64,000 nt of DNA from contig CP089281.1 in the NCBI GenBank assembly GCA_023920165.1, positions 1,054,001 to 1,118,000 of the forward strand, given 5' to 3'. Positions 1 through 13,904 of the stretch are shown here, one piece after another; the stretch's first letter is position 1; each line of letters begins with the position of its first letter. The stretch is from Curvularia clavata (taxonomy: Eukaryota). Both the position numbers and the translations under genes were made by a program. The notes under the pieces were generated by a model. That model searched no databases. It worked only from the letters and a program-made list of their open reading frames with translations, and was not told where the DNA came from.

Positions 1-1450
1 CGCCTAGTTACTTTTCCCGTCGATCGGGGCGTCCGGGAATGATTCTGTCCATTCTGCTGTTGCGGAGAGCCGGAAAGTGAGCACTATGAGCTCAACATGG
101 GTGGAAACCTCAACGCCATCGACTGATCGGAGAGGGAGCAAACTGCCAGCAACTTCCATGCAGATAACTTTGCTCGATCAGGTAGCTGCAGAGTGGTCGG
201 CAAAGTCAGTAGCACCTAGGTGCATGGTGGTAGGAATCGAAAAATGGGCACGCGCGGCAGCCAAAGAGGCCTTAACTGACCGGAAACGCCGTAGAGCGTG
301 CTGACAGCCAGTTGTCCGGTGGCTGTCTACGCATGTTGTTGGATAGAGGGTGATGCAGGCCTGGCCCAAACTGACTAGCAATTCAGCTAGATTTTGACGA
401 GTGGTGGTGGATGGCTAGAACGTGTATTGGGGGGTTGCCTTGGGGAGGAGTGGTAGAGAAGTGTTCAGCGATATCAATAGCATGGAGCAGAAAGGGGCAT
501 GTGTACGGCGTGGCTTATTGGCTTGGCGATTTGGTGTATTGTAGAGTGTTGGATGACAGCGCGAAAGCGAGATTTTTGCTGGGACAGCTGATGACGAGTC
601 TAGCGCTAAAACATCCTGTCAATAACTCGGCAGCTTAAGGGCGATAGGAAAGCTTTTCACGGAGTTTAGGCACTTCCTTCGAGCAGTTGCATGGCCGTTC
701 TATAGACTAGGGCGGTCGGACTATCAGCCTCTCAGCGATGGCCATCACTAAACTTGCTGCATGCTATCGGCAATCGATGCAGACGTGCAGCTGATGGACA
801 GAGCAATTTCTATTGCCATGCCGGGGGTAATTCCTTGGCGGGCTGAATTAGGCTTCGGCCACCCAGGAACCATGGCGTCCCGTTTTTGTGGCCAGAACGC
901 CGTTCGATGTGGTTACTGGATATTGCATTGCACTAATTAATGCACCCCCCGGCCTATCAAAGTCGCTCGACTTCCAGACCATGGCTTGTCAGCGGTCAAA
1001 TGGACGCGTCCCGCATGGCTACGGGGGACAGTGGCTTTAGCAGACCCGCCATGGGGGCTGTGGCGCGCAGGATTCTCAAGGCCATGACATTCATCATAAG
1101 GGCTCGTTGCTCCCAGGTCTGGCGGCCTTCTCAAGAATACGAGTCTGTCTTAAACGGCTGTTGGGTCGACGATCGACATACACGAGCAAGCCCCGCCAAC
1201 TGGTTGTCACTCTTTGCCCTGTTATCCCCATTACCGTTGTCTACCCCTGGCGACCCGCTAGACAGACCTCGGCCTCTTGGGTGTCTGCTGCAGGTACCCG
1301 GATCAAAGCCTCAGGACAAAGGACACAGGTCGTTCACTGTTTACGCGTGTGCGCGGCCTGTCAAGCAGTAAAAGAAGAAGACGGCCATGGGCTGCATGAA
1401 CGTCTCGCCATTTCCTGGATAAATATAGGATCGCCCGGCCGTTTATTGAA

Positions 1451-2640
1451 ATGGATACGCAAACTTCTGTCAATACTCCCGAGTCGGTAGCCATTCCGTC
1501 GCACCATCATCCCCTGCCAACGCTCAGAAGGGAACACAAAAACCGCCGCCGCTGTGACTCCATATATCTCCCTGTGTCACCACGGGTCGGCTCTGGTATC
1601 CGCGCGCTGCTCCTGTTGCTCATCGCATTTCTGTCCTGCAGTTCCCTGGCCGCTCCTGCTATCGCGACTGGAACCCATGGTGATCAACCAGTGCTACTCG
1701 TGGAAGACGATCTCCCCTGGACCGGATCGGCACTGCACCTCGATCTCAGCCCTCCGCCGCAAGTGCCGCAGTTAATGCCTCCTCTAACGCACGCCGACGA
1801 TACCACCGACGTTCGCGCACCTCCGCCGTCGAAACGCGCCATCAATACCGACTCTAATGCGACCGATGGCGATTTCTCGGTCCCTACGCCCTTTGACTCG
1901 GCGCTGTCGAATAACTTCACCAACTCATGCGCCAAATTCATAAATAGCATGCGCCAAAATGCGGACTTCCAGAACTGCCACCCGTTCTCCCTGCTATTAC
2001 AGGTACTACTTTGGTCGATAATTCTGTGCCTAGGAAAAAGTCTAACAGCCTCCAGACATCGAGCGGTTTCTTTGACGCCTCCAAATCTACACTGCGTATC
2101 ACCCAGACCCTCGACGCGACCTGCTCAGTGAACGCGACAAAATGCAAACCAATCATGGACAGTTTTGCTGCACAACTTTTGTCGTCCTCGGCATGCAAAG
2201 CCGACTACGACAGTGACAACCCTATGGTGCTACAGGCCTATAATGGCCTGATTGCTTACCTGCCGTCATACCAGGCCAGTTGCTTGCACGGCAAAGATGG
2301 CAACTACTGCTTCGCAAGCGCCGTCACCAACACCACGTCACCTGGAGATGCCTATCCATACTACCTACCCATTGGACAAGAACTCCCAGGTGGATCACGA
2401 CCAACTTGCAATTCATGCTTGAAACAAGCGATGGGTGTGTTTGCGTCTTACAGCAACAACGCTACACAGCCCCTTTCGAAAACATATGCTTCGGCTGCGC
2501 AGCAAATTTCGATAGGATGTGGCTCGAATTACCTTGATGTCACAGCTGCTCCTCTCAAGAGTGCTGCATCCGCGACCAGCGCATCACTTACGCCAACAAT
2601 AACTCTTATTTTAATGTTTGTACTCTACTTCTTCCAATGA
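1451..2640 (+). CDS. Uncharacterised Cys-rich secreted or GPI-anchored-like fungal protein (DUF7729-like); 2 exons, intron 2003-2055
   Basis: ORFs 1451 and 2011 join in frame across GT(2003)..AG(2055), giving CHPFSLLLQ|TSSGFF. Internal hydrophobic signal-like segment, about 10 spaced Cys, S/A-rich linker and hydrophobic C-terminus (ITLILMFVLYFFQ). Confidence 0.75.
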
Positions 2641-4096
2641 AGGAGCTATACCCCACATGTACTTTTCTTGTAGATATTTTGTTTTACAACCAGTCGGCCT
2701 TAGAGAGCAAAGAGTTGTTAGCGATGGCGCATGGGTGCTTTTAGTTTTATATACCATCAAACGTTGCAGAGGTGGACAAAGATCCTCTGTGATCTTGGAA
2801 CCCAGAACACTGGGCTTTTTGTATATGTCAAAGACCGTGTGGCACATTCGTCATCATGGTCATGCACTCATGAGCGATGTCACACGAAGGCCCTTCCTGG
2901 CTGGGAAAGTGGCTACATGATTGAACAATGAGAAAACATTCAGACTATAGTTGAAAATAGCCGCAAACAATGTTTCGTGAACACATGTCTGTGCCGTCTG
3001 GTGATGGACCTATTGGAGTGCTACACTTGTTTCCACAGAGTATGAAGGCCCATCACATTGGACCCAGGAAGCACAACGCTCAAGCCACGCAATCTATCCG
3101 CTGTGGTCGAGCACTTATCCAGGCTCGTCCCGCCCGAAATTTGCAAATCAGATCGTTGTCATTTCGATCTAAAACGAGGTTTCGGGCAGGCGGAAACCAT
3201 GGAACCACAATTCATGCTAAGGATTCGGCGACGATGATATGCGGGCCTGCGGGCAGCACACACGTCATGGACGCGTGCGCAATCGTGGATCAAGCCCGGC
3301 ACAAGGTATTTGGTTTTGGTCGGCTATGTGAGTCTGCTATTTCTGTGTCCTGAAACGTGTTGTATGCTCGTCACGTGGAGGTTATACCCGAGGCGTCGTG
3401 ATCTGACATAACGAAACCCCTGGGTTGTTAGATGATGGGCAAAGCGCTTCACGGCCCTACATAATATCGCCGTGTCGTACGCCGTGCCAACAGTCCCAAC
3501 AGCAATGCGTCCGCTGTATTCTGTCAGCCGTTACGATGAGGCGCATCAAGAGCGCCCCAAGGCGAGACCCGCAAATTTCCGCCTGTTGGTTGTACCAATG
3601 CCCTATCGATACAGCCCCGCGTACGGGTGGATCCTACGACCATCCTGTCATCTCCAACGCGGCCATCCGGACATGGATGATCCGCGCGGTCGCGGGTCTT
3701 CACCTGTGACAGGCCCGTCTTTTCCTTGCTAGTATGTCAAACGCTTCATCGCCTCGGAGAGCCTGACCACTCATCGCTCGGCTGTGTCCCATGCCCATTT
3801 CTAGACCTGAGACACCCAGCTTCGCCGCGAGAGTTTACTATGCGCGTCCCCATCTCCTCTCCCATTCCTTCATTTCATCACTAGTGACCTATTAAAAAAG
3901 AGCGATATTAATCGGGCTGGGACCGACCTGCTTGCTCTCTGTCGTTGCGTAGTCATTCTCTTCGTCCTCTCCCCACGCTCTCTACCAGATTACACGCTCC
4001 CTACCAACGGGTCTATCCAGACACTTCCATTCATTCCAGTCTCTCTAGCAACGCTACACACGCTCGTTATCACACAATTTCCCTGTTTCGACCATC

Positions 4097-6245
4097 ATGA
4101 CGGCCAACATCACCACTCAGCACACTCTGGCCATCACCCCTTCGGCGCGTGAAGATATTGTCAGCGCGCTGCTCAACGACTATGGCAATTCCTTCGAACC
4201 TGGAGACCCGTCCCCTTCATTGTATTCCCCTGCGCCGGCGACCAAGGAACTCCCCCCACCTCCACCACGGTCAGACAGCATTGCGCGCAAACCTCTACCG
4301 GCTTCAGAGCGAATGGACGCCAAGTTTCAACTACGAGGTAAGTTAGTCCCTAATGTCTGATACAATGGAACCAACGCGACTGTGGACCTCAATTCCATGT
4401 GCTTGTTGCGAACCATAGCACGGGGCCACATTGACCATGTCCTGGTTTCACGTCATCACATACATCGTAATGTCTTTGTTACCTTATTTGCAGCCCGCCA
4501 ACCACAGCAACGCAACAAACAACAATCTTTACTCGAACCAAGTATACTGACGTCCAGCAGATGATCAAGACGCACTCGTGTCGCCAACTAGCTCGGTCGA
4601 AGGCTCACCACGACAAAGGAAGCGGATTGTATCACGCAGCCTGTCTCGTGGCTCTAAACCGGCTTCTCTGAAGTTGACCATCAGCAACGGTTCAACAGCC
4701 ACAATTCCCTCTTCACCTGGTGTTTCAGTGCCGTCCCAATCTGTTGCTTCACCAGACTCTATAGTAAAAGAGCTTCCTCCGCCACCTCCGCCCAAGTCAG
4801 AGCGAAGGGGCGAGGATATGGGAAGCAAAACATCAAAGCAAGCTAGAGAGCTTGCGCGAAATGATTCCCTATTATCACAGGGCAAGTCGACTGATGCCAC
4901 CTCTTCACCAATTGTAAAACGCAAGGCTGTTCCAGAGTCTGGCGCAAAGAGTTTCAAGAGTCTGGCCGAATTAGGAAATGGACCACGAGGAAGAAAACCC
5001 GCCCCCACGGCTCCTACGTCCGCACCAAGGACTGAAAATGTCCAAGTTCAAACAAACGTTACTAACATGAACAAACCTAAACCTCAAGAGAATCTGCCTG
5101 ACACCCAAGCGCAGCTCCCACCAACACCAGATGAAGAGAAGGATGAGCCTGTGTCTTTGGCGCAACCAAAAAAGGTCTTCGGCCTGCCCTCGAATCCCCG
5201 TGTCAACTCTCTCGGCTCACCTGTGAATGTGCGTAGCAACGCAGGATTGAGTGTCTTGAAGGTATATATCTACCTCCCTTTTCCAGCACCAGTACTCGTC
5301 AGATAAGACGCTTTTGCAACATGGCAGAGCTTTTAGGGTACTTGGAGCCCTCGTCCATCATTCCGAACTTGACAATTAACTTGACCCGTATAGGCACAGA
5401 GGCCAGCTCCTCCGATCCCTACAATGGATATCCACCCAACTACCCCAGAACCAACACCTTCTCCAACACTGAAGCCCATCATGGCGAGAAAGGATTGCGA
5501 AATCTCTCCCGTCTCGCCCTTGCCTCCTCCAAGCAATCCGAGGTCCTCCTCTGTCTACGAGTCGTCTCCAGTTGAAGCTGAACCCCAGCAACAGCCGCCA
5601 CCGTCAGCACAGCAGGTCATCTCAGCAATCACAAACCCCGCTCCTCCGTATGCTCCAACACCACCCATCAACGCCCAACCACCAGCTCGCATCACTTCAC
5701 TCGAATTTCCCGCAAGGACCGACTCGCGCCCTATGAGCGCGCCCTCACGTCCAACATCCATCAGCATGGAAGCATCGAACCTGTCACCCTTTCCGGGCCC
5801 TTCCGTCCCGTCATCTCCCGTCGCCCAAGGAAGCGATAACAACAACCCGCAGATTACCATTGAATCCGATGAGCCGGTAGAACCTGCCACGCCTCCCCCT
5901 TTCGTGCCCCTGACCCAGCAATCCATCTCCCTGCCCCTCTCGCTCATCCCCCAAATCACTACCAAGCATCTACACTGCTACACAGGCCACGCCCAGAATA
6001 TCTGGTCCAACAACTTGTTCCAGCCAATGGGGTGCATGGTTTGTCAGGACAATGGCAAAGAGCGCAAGTGGGCGTGTACGTGGTGCCAGTTGAGAATTTG
6101 CAAGGGGTGTAGCGATGAGTTGGTGGCGCTTCCTGGGAAGAATCTGGCGGCGTTGGTGGAGAAGAAAGGCGGAGTGAGCAAGAAGATGGCAGAGCACGGT
6201 GGAAACACAGGCGTCGCGGTGTACAATGGCGAAGAGAATATGTGA
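4097..6245 (+). CDS. Pro/Ser-rich protein with C-terminal Cys/His zinc-finger-like domain; introns 4338-4560 and 5262-5393
   Basis: Three ORF pieces splice in frame at canonical GT/AG sites with branch sites. KELPPPPP occurs twice. C-terminus HLHCYTGH..CMVC..CTWC..CKGC. Confidence 0.75.
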
Positions 6246-6508
6246 AATGAGAAAGAATGAAGAGTAGGGCAGGTTCCGTCTCCATGCATGACGGTATGAT
6301 AACTGTGTTCGGGCTAGTACCAATACGCAAAGGGCTCTTGCAGGAATATGAGGAGCGTTTCATTTTTTTTCTTCATTTTACATTTTCCTGATCTTTGATA
6401 CCACAAGATTGATATTCAATCGCTCCCATCTCAATTTTCAATTGTTCAATAGCAATAAATGCTTATCTTCATAGAAATCTTTCTACACATTCAACGTCTA
6501 TATATCAT

Positions 6509-7813
6509 TCATGCCCGTGCCTCCCTCTCTTTAACCTCCCTCAACACTCCCACAACCCGCGGCAACACCGTCTCCGCATTCTCACTCAGCCTGATCCCTC
6601 TCTTCCCCGTCTCGGTATCCTCCAAATCCCCGAAAAAAGCATCTTCGCCCCTCACACCACCCATATTCAGCACGCCAATCGGCAAGTGCATTTCCTTTGC
6701 TTTCTTGACCAATCTCCACGCAGAGTAAGTAGCAAGACTACTTCCAATGACAAGTAATCTCCCCGCTGCCTCGACGGCCGCCTCAGCCGCATCCTTGGTC
6801 GCTGCGGGTATCGACTCGCCAAACATGATGACAGCGGGTTTGAGCACGCCGGCTTCGCTCGAGGGATCCCACGCCCCGTCCTTGTCGACCTGGACACGCA
6901 ACGTGCCCCCGTTTGCGCGTTTCGGGGGTTTCTCGAGACACACGGGGCACGCGGGATAGCGGAAGGTGGTGTAGGGTGCGTCGGGTATGTCGACGTCACC
7001 GTCTGGGTTCGTCTTAAGGCCCTTTTTGCGGCGCTCGATTGGATTCTCGGTGTCCAGGGCGCCCGTCTGCAGCATTTCGGCGAGGAAGGCGGCCCAAGAG
7101 GGGTTTAAGGTGGCGAGTTGGTCCTGGAATACACGCCGGGAGTACTCGTTGCGGCAGGTTATACAGACCAAGTTACGCAGGCAACCATGGAGTTCTATAG
7201 TGGGAAGATGGGGATGAGCAGTTAGGTGGAAGGAGTCGACATCTGTAGGGGTTGTATTAGCATTGATGTTTTCTAGGGTTTAAGGGAAAATGACAGAGTT
7301 CTTCTTGGATTGTGTGCCAATGTCTACCCAGTTTTCCTGCAGAAAGGGAACACACATACTCTGCGTAATCACCCTGTCCACCACACCCAACCGTCCCAGC
7401 TCCCCACAGGCCTCATGCGCCGCATTCGCCTTCGCCCGGTCCAGATTTGTCCAGCCGATGAAGCTCCTCGCCCAATACCTTTTCCGCGCCTCGTGGCTCT
7501 CGCAAAATTCATTGTAGTAGATGGGCCGGTATGTCTTGTTGAGCGTATACGTCCCGTTTGCGCCGCGGTAATCCGCAAGTCCAGATGCTACCGAGATGCC
7601 TGCCCCGGTAAGGAGCAGCGTCTTGCCTGACGACTCTGTACCATTGCGATCGAGTCCGTGTGGACGACGACGCGACGAAGAAGATAATGAAGGCGACAGG
7701 AAATCTACCAGCGCTGCAATAGCTCCGCTGGATGTTGTGGCGCTCGCGGGTATGATCCTGGGCGCGGGGAGGGGATCGGTGTAGGGAATGCGGAGGAGAG
7801 GCGCGCGGAGCAT
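6509..7813 (-). CDS. NAD-dependent deacylase, sirtuin family (class II, SIRT4-like); intron 7243-7359
   Basis: Motifs LTGAGISVASGLADYRG, RKRYWARSFIGW, ITQ|NVDSFH across the intron, ELHG, CxxC..CxxC, KPAVIMFGE, GSSL. Confidence 0.92.
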
Positions 7814-8957
7814 GGCTCAGTCGCCAGCATGTAGGAAGAGGAGAGAGAAGGGAAGATGTTCACCCTGGCTTTTCTGCCTTGTGCTATCGTTCAATCATCC
7901 TCGTCGTGGCGATGGCTATGTTCTCGCCGCGCCCGGACTGCCAGTCGTCAAATGTGGTTATGTCATGGTACTCTAGCGCCGAATCGGCCTTGCGCGCGCG
8001 GCTGCGGGCGCGTGCACACGATCCATCGTGTGCAGGGTGCCGGACGGGTAGGCGTATCGTTGCCGCATGCAAGGGATTGTTATTTTTAGCTGAGGCTCTG
8101 CGAAGACAATGCGTGGGGTCACGTTGGGCTGTCTGCCCTCTTTTCTGTGTGTGTGTGGGCATGTTTACAAGTCCGTGGTGTAATGCTTCAGGTTAGAAGA
8201 GGCTGTGTATGCGGCGCGGGGCTGTGTGCTTGTGTAACAAAGACGACGCTCGACTTGACGACAGAGGGATCTGAGAATGGGACGTTTATGATTCATGGGT
8301 GATGACGAGTATGCTATTGTTTTGGGTACGGCTCCAGATCCGCAGTACCACTGGCTCACTCACGTCAGCGGGTTAACCAGTTGCTCTGATAAGCAGTTAG
8401 GTGGAAAAGTGAAAATCGTTATTCACAGACTGAAACAAATGTGCTCTTCAAGCAACGGGCGAAAGGAGAATAAGAAATAATATTGAAAAAGAATCTTAAG
8501 AAATACGAAAAAAGGTATACAAGACCATCTCCTCATAACGCAGAAATGATCTCAAACGTTCGCAAACATATATCCAATGAGAAGTAAGAAGTTAAAAAGA
8601 ATCGGAAAAAAATAAAATAAAACAAATGCGCATGTTGCTTCAGGGCTCAGCGCAAGCGAGTGTCCTGCTTATCCAATTCCTATTACCGTTGTCCGCTGTT
8701 CCGTGCGAACAGATCGAGTGTATAGAACGACTGCTGTACTAGCAGTCTAAGTCCAACCGTATAGGTGTATATCTTGAAGAAAAGCTACCGTATGGTAGTG
8801 ATGGGTATCGGTGTGTTTCGGGAGGGTATAGGTACAGAAAAAAGACGGCCTTCCAGTGGAGGCAAGACAGAAGAGTCGTAAGGATCGTGACAATGAGATA
8901 CCGAGTTAACGAAAAAAAGAAAACAAGGCCGAAGCCTAAAGCGACGACGTCAGCCGC

Positions 8958-9804
8958 CTATTGCTGATGCGATAGCTGGTGCGATGAGTATGCCATCGAC
9001 TGACTGTGCATGGGCTGTTGCATGGGCTGTTGCAACGGCTGTTGGATCGCTTGCTGCGTAGGCTGCTGGATTGCTTGCTGCATCGACTGCTGCATAGGCT
9101 GATGCATAGCTTGCTGCACAGACTGCTGCATGTGATGCGGATGCTGTTGCATCGGGTGCAGCATGGACTGGATGCTCGGGACGCGCTGCTGTTGCTGTTG
9201 TGGGTAGCTAGGGTACGCAGAGTAATGGGGCTCGGGGATGGTGGATATGTGAGACATATCAACATGTTGTTGATCCTCATGTTCTTCTTCGAGGTCAGAA
9301 ATGCCTATTCCGCTGTCTTCATAGTCGTGGTAGGTACCATTCTCGAGCTTCTTCTGCGCCGACCTCGAAGCCTGCGTGAGATTCTTGAGTCCCTTCTCCA
9401 TGCACTTGAGTTTGGTCAGTACAGTACGATAAGATATCAGTTCAACGACAAGTACCCACCTTTTGCTCAACAAGCTGCCATTTCTCTCCAACACGGGCAG
9501 CGAGCAAACTCCACATTTCCTGTCGCATTTCCATGTAGGCCTGTGCGAGTACTTCCAGCTTGACGCCATCCCATTGCTCTGCATTCTGCCTCTCCATCAA
9601 CCGCTCATGGCGCTTTCGGCAGGCATTTGGAGTCTTGGATGGAAAGTGCTTAGGTCCGATCTGGTTCCAGTTGAGTCCCTGGGCTCTAGCACGGATGAGC
9701 GTTTCATCATCCTTGGTAGACCAGGAAGAGCTCCGAGTTCCGCCTGCGGCCGATGCAGTTGACACGGAATGGCGATGCGCCGGTCCCTTTTCAATCTTAG
9801 GCAT
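8958..9804 (-). CDS. Myb/SANT-like DNA-binding protein with Gln-rich tail; intron 9405-9459
   Basis: WSTKDDETL..GLNWNQI..FPSKTPNACRKRHERL Myb-like repeat. Second degenerate repeat (W..LAARVGEKW..VEQK|CMEKG). Q/M-rich C-terminus. Confidence 0.85.
9005..9160 (-). repeat. Degenerate 12-nt coding tandem repeat encoding (QQxM/I)n
   Basis: Translation MQQSVQQAMHQPMQQSMQQAIQQPTQQAIQQPLQQPMQQPMH, with recurring tgcatgggctgt-like units on the + strand. Confidence 0.8.
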
Positions 9805-11635
9805 GTCGACCAATGGAATGGAGAGACAAGGAAGAGAAGACAGTCAAGGAGATATGGAATGATGTGATGACCAAGTAGAAGAAGACGAGGACAGTAAGAA
9901 AAGCGACCGGGTAGCGGATTATGATTAGAGTAGACCAAGCCGTTGGAGAAGGAGAATGTGCCAGAGGGAAAACGAAAGTTTGGAGATATCCTGACGACTG
10001 AAAACGAGAGAACTGTTGTTCGTACCTTTTGCAGCTGTGTTGTCTGAGGTTGAATCAAGGGGCATGGCCAACGTCTTTATACGATAAGCTACGTGCAGAG
10101 CCTCCATCCACAACAAAGGCCAGTAGGCCATTCGGAGAATTGTTTTGAAACAAGGACATGTTTCTGTAATCGCCGCACCGATCTCCTACGTAGCGAGAAT
10201 GGTATGTGTGTTAGGCGGAGAGGAGGCTGTTCACTGGGTCACGACTGCAAGCGCCATGAAAGAGGGCCAGGGGCGGCCAAAATGGGGCCTGTGAGTGGTC
10301 GCCGCACAAAACGTGAGCGGTTCGTCCCCTCAAGCAAGGGAGGGAGCCTGCAACGGAAGCGCCTGTTTGAGAGTACCTAGCGTGCAGGCAGATGCGGCTG
10401 TATCTAAGAATAAGTCGAGTACCGAATGGAGGGGTAGCGGTAGAGGGGGGAAAGCGATTAGGGGCGGCTAATCTGGCGCTGATTCGACTAGGCTCCAAGG
10501 CCCAAATAAAGACCTTGGCTGGCGATGAACGCACCAGGGGCGCCTCGTTTGGTCGGATATCTGTAGGGCGCTGAAGTCATCAATACTTTGTAGGGCTGAG
10601 CTCGGGGACCTGCAGAAGTGTGCATGTTACAGGGTGCAACGACAGCAACAGGAACAACGTGGAGTTGAGTGGCAGGTCAGCAATCCATCGCAGCAGAGAA
10701 CACGACGAGGCTGCGAGAACAGAATAGCAGTCGGACGCACACCGGCCGAAGCAGTTTGCCTTGCGATCCACCGGCAGCGGCCATGCGCGAGGCGCTCACA
10801 GTGACGATAGGCGCGGCCACAGAGTGGGCGAGTGTTGGTGTTTCATCGACCAACATGGCAGCGGGAACGCCCGGCAAGCGCCCGCGAACTGCTGCCGGCG
10901 GCCCGTTTCTGTGCCTCTGTTGTGCAAGATAGCGGAGACTCGTCTTGCCGTGATAGCCTTGGGAAAATCCATCGTCTGCTATCGAATGGGCGTCCACGGC
11001 TGCCGCGCACATAGTGTCGATACCCACGCCGTGCCTGCGCGTCTCTATTCTAAGCATACGCAGATGCAGAGCATAGACGACAGGCACATGGCAGCGCTGC
11101 ACCACCTGTGCCTGTACCTGTGTCGGGCACCAAACTCCCGCATCCGACTGTCGCACAAGACAACCGTTCGCTTGAGGGCCTGATGCCGCAGCATGGCCTT
11201 GTGGCCTTCTCCCCGCATAGCCACGTTCCTCCACTGCCTCAGCCCCCGCCTCGGCATCCGAACTCACATAATCGATAACAGCATGCACCAAGCCCCTCTA
11301 CACCTACACGGTCGTCGATCTTTCAAACTTCCATTGCATTGCGGAACAAGCGCTCTGCAGCGACTTGCACTGAGTGAGCCAAGTATAGCGTCGAGTATCG
11401 ATTCCACCCCGTCATCCGATTCTCAGTTGATCATATACGATTCTTGATTTACCCATTTCGAGCCACAAGCCGCGGTTCCTTATTCTCTGATACGAGCCAG
11501 CCACTGCTCGCGCTCAGAGAGTGCCTTGCCTTGCATGGCGCATTCACCCTGCGACGGAAGTGGCATGGTGCAATCATGTAGCCCCCCTGACAGAAACCTA
11601 ATTTGAACAATTCTTCTTCCTCTTTCCCCGGTCCC

Positions 11636-13575
11636 TCAACTACCCTTCCAGTCACTACACCAGATAAACGTCCCGCACCGCCACTGCGTACCAACCTCCT
11701 TGTGCCCCGACGGTCCAATCGGTCTTGGACAAATCCAGAATTGGCGTCCGCAGTTGACTCCAGGCTTCTTCGTTGTAAGGGAAATACAGGGTTCGCCGTG
11801 CTCGCACCGGGGGGCTACTTTCTTGGAGAAGAGTTTCGTCCAGCCTTCCTTGGATGCTTCTTGGGATGCCCGGGGATCAGGGTCAAAGGGCTCGGGAGCC
11901 GTGGATTGTGGAGAAGGAGGGGGCATGTCCGCGGTAGTTTGGCTTGAAGAATCCGTCGTCGTAAAGGATGACTTGTCGGATGGAACACCATCTGTAGACT
12001 TGCTAGTTGTCTGAAAGAATCCTTTTAACGATTGTTGTCCCTTGTTCCCTTTGGTTGTAGTAGCTAGGGTGCTGGTTTTACCACGCTTGACTGGCTTTAC
12101 AGGAGACGCAGAGGCTGATGCCCGTCGTTTTTCGGGGGGCTTGAGGGGACTTTGAGATGATGAAGGTTGGCCGTTCGTCTTTGCATGCATGTCTGCTTTG
12201 GAGGCCTCGATTGCCAACGCCAAGTCTCTATCCATCTCTTCTTCGGCTTTGCTTGCAGTACTTGTGACCTCAGTCTCTGCTGGAACATCTGACTCGGTCG
12301 CCGTAGGCATAGGTGCTGGGGGAGCCTTTGATGCCGGCTTCTTGCTGAACATGTCTCGAATACTCCTTCTCTTGGTAAATTCTGCAAGAAGCTTCCCACT
12401 GAGAGCCGGGACATCCTTTACTGTGTCGTAATCGCGTTGCCTTACACCGTCCTTAAACATACCTGCCGGGTTCATTAGATCTAGTAAATGCATCTCTTTT
12501 TCCACAATCTCCGTTCCTGATTTTTGCAACACTGGTACTTTGTCTTTCAGAACTGCATATACTGGACAATGATCAGAACCCATCAGCCCCTCTTGGATAT
12601 TTGCATCCTGAAACCAATCTTTAATAGTGATGCTACACAAAATGAAATCGATCCGTGACCCAAAGTTACTCGGCCTAGCATTGATCTTCTGTTCCCAATG
12701 TGTGAACATGCCTTCCCGGTCAGGGTGAAACTCGCGACAAAGATCGTAGAGTACCGGCTCTTCCCGTCCCTCATCTCGTTGTCCAGGAACCTTTCCATTG
12801 AGCAGGAGCTGGTTAAAGATGCGCCTATTCGGTGTGCTTAGATAATCCTCGTGTGTCATACCCTCCGCCCGCATATGCTCTTCTGCCTTTGCAGTATCAA
12901 TCAAGTCCCTCGAGACATTCAAGTCTCCAGTGAGAATGACATTCTTCCCCATTTTCGTCAAATTCCTTATCCGTGTTTCTAGAGCCACGAGAAAGCCAAC
13001 GCGGAACCCGTCGCGTAAGCCGTTGCTATTGGCCGGGCTGTAGACGCCAAAGAGGACAAAGGCTGGAAATTCGAGAACCAGGCAGCGCCCTTCTAGGTCT
13101 AGACTTTCGGCATCGAGATCGGGCGGAAGATTTGAAAGTTGCTCGCTAGTAAGGTAGCCACCAATGCTGGCCGACTCAGGGAGCTCGCGATAGGGCGTCG
13201 TTGAATTGGGAGGGCAAAGCGCGCCTAGGATACCCTCCTCGGCACGGATAGGGGCACATACAGATTGGCGTGTGTACACGCCAACGCCGGAATATCCTGG
13301 ATTACATTAGCACGAGAATATAAGTCTAAATTGTCAAGTGCTGTGCAAGGTGGCGTACCCTTCTTATGCTTGGGCAGACTGAAGTAACAGTCCCAGCCTG
13401 GTACGAGAACCATGTCGTCCGTCAGGTCCTTACGCTGGATCTTCAGCTCCTGCATGATGACAATGTCGGTCTCCAAGATGTCGAACATGGCATTGAACGT
13501 GCGGTTTGTGCTCCATGGCTTGTACCCAAACGGGTTGCGGATGCCATTGACATTCCAAGTCGTGATGCGAACCAT
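11636..13575 (-). CDS. APN2: AP endonuclease 2 (ExoIII family, C-terminal GRF zinc finger); intron 13297-13358
   Basis: MVRITTWNVNG, QELK, KKG|YSGV, GDLNV, GSRIDF, GSDHCPV, PIP-box-like QQSLKGFF, CEH..GRQFWICPRP..C. Confidence 0.95.
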
Positions 13576-13904
13576 GATGTGCAGAAGAACAGTTACGGAG
13601 GGTTGCAGCGAGCATGCATAGAGACAAACACCTTCATCCTCTTCCTTCTCTCGTTAAAGCTAGAGAAATAGCCAACGTTTGCGCGCAAGGAGGCAAGAAC
13701 GCGCGAACGCGACCAATGCACGACGTCACATTACCTGGGGGTCGGCAATCTCCGTATCAGCCCATCCGAGTTGCGCGTGCCAAGCCCTGTTTCGTCAATT
13801 CCGAGCTGGCTCCTCTGTCACAACCTCACTGCCCACGCCCACACCAATTGCGACCACACCCCATCTCCACTCCACACCAAACCGCCGAGAGCTGATCCCT
13901 CGCC

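Noticed and set aside
1..1450. Short ORFs at the window start
   Set aside because: No motif or coding-like pattern. Probably promoter/5' UTR sequence, possibly of a gene beyond the left edge.
9900..11500. ORFs up to 204 aa upstream of the Myb gene
   Set aside because: No homology cues or consistent splice structure. More likely regulatory intergenic DNA.
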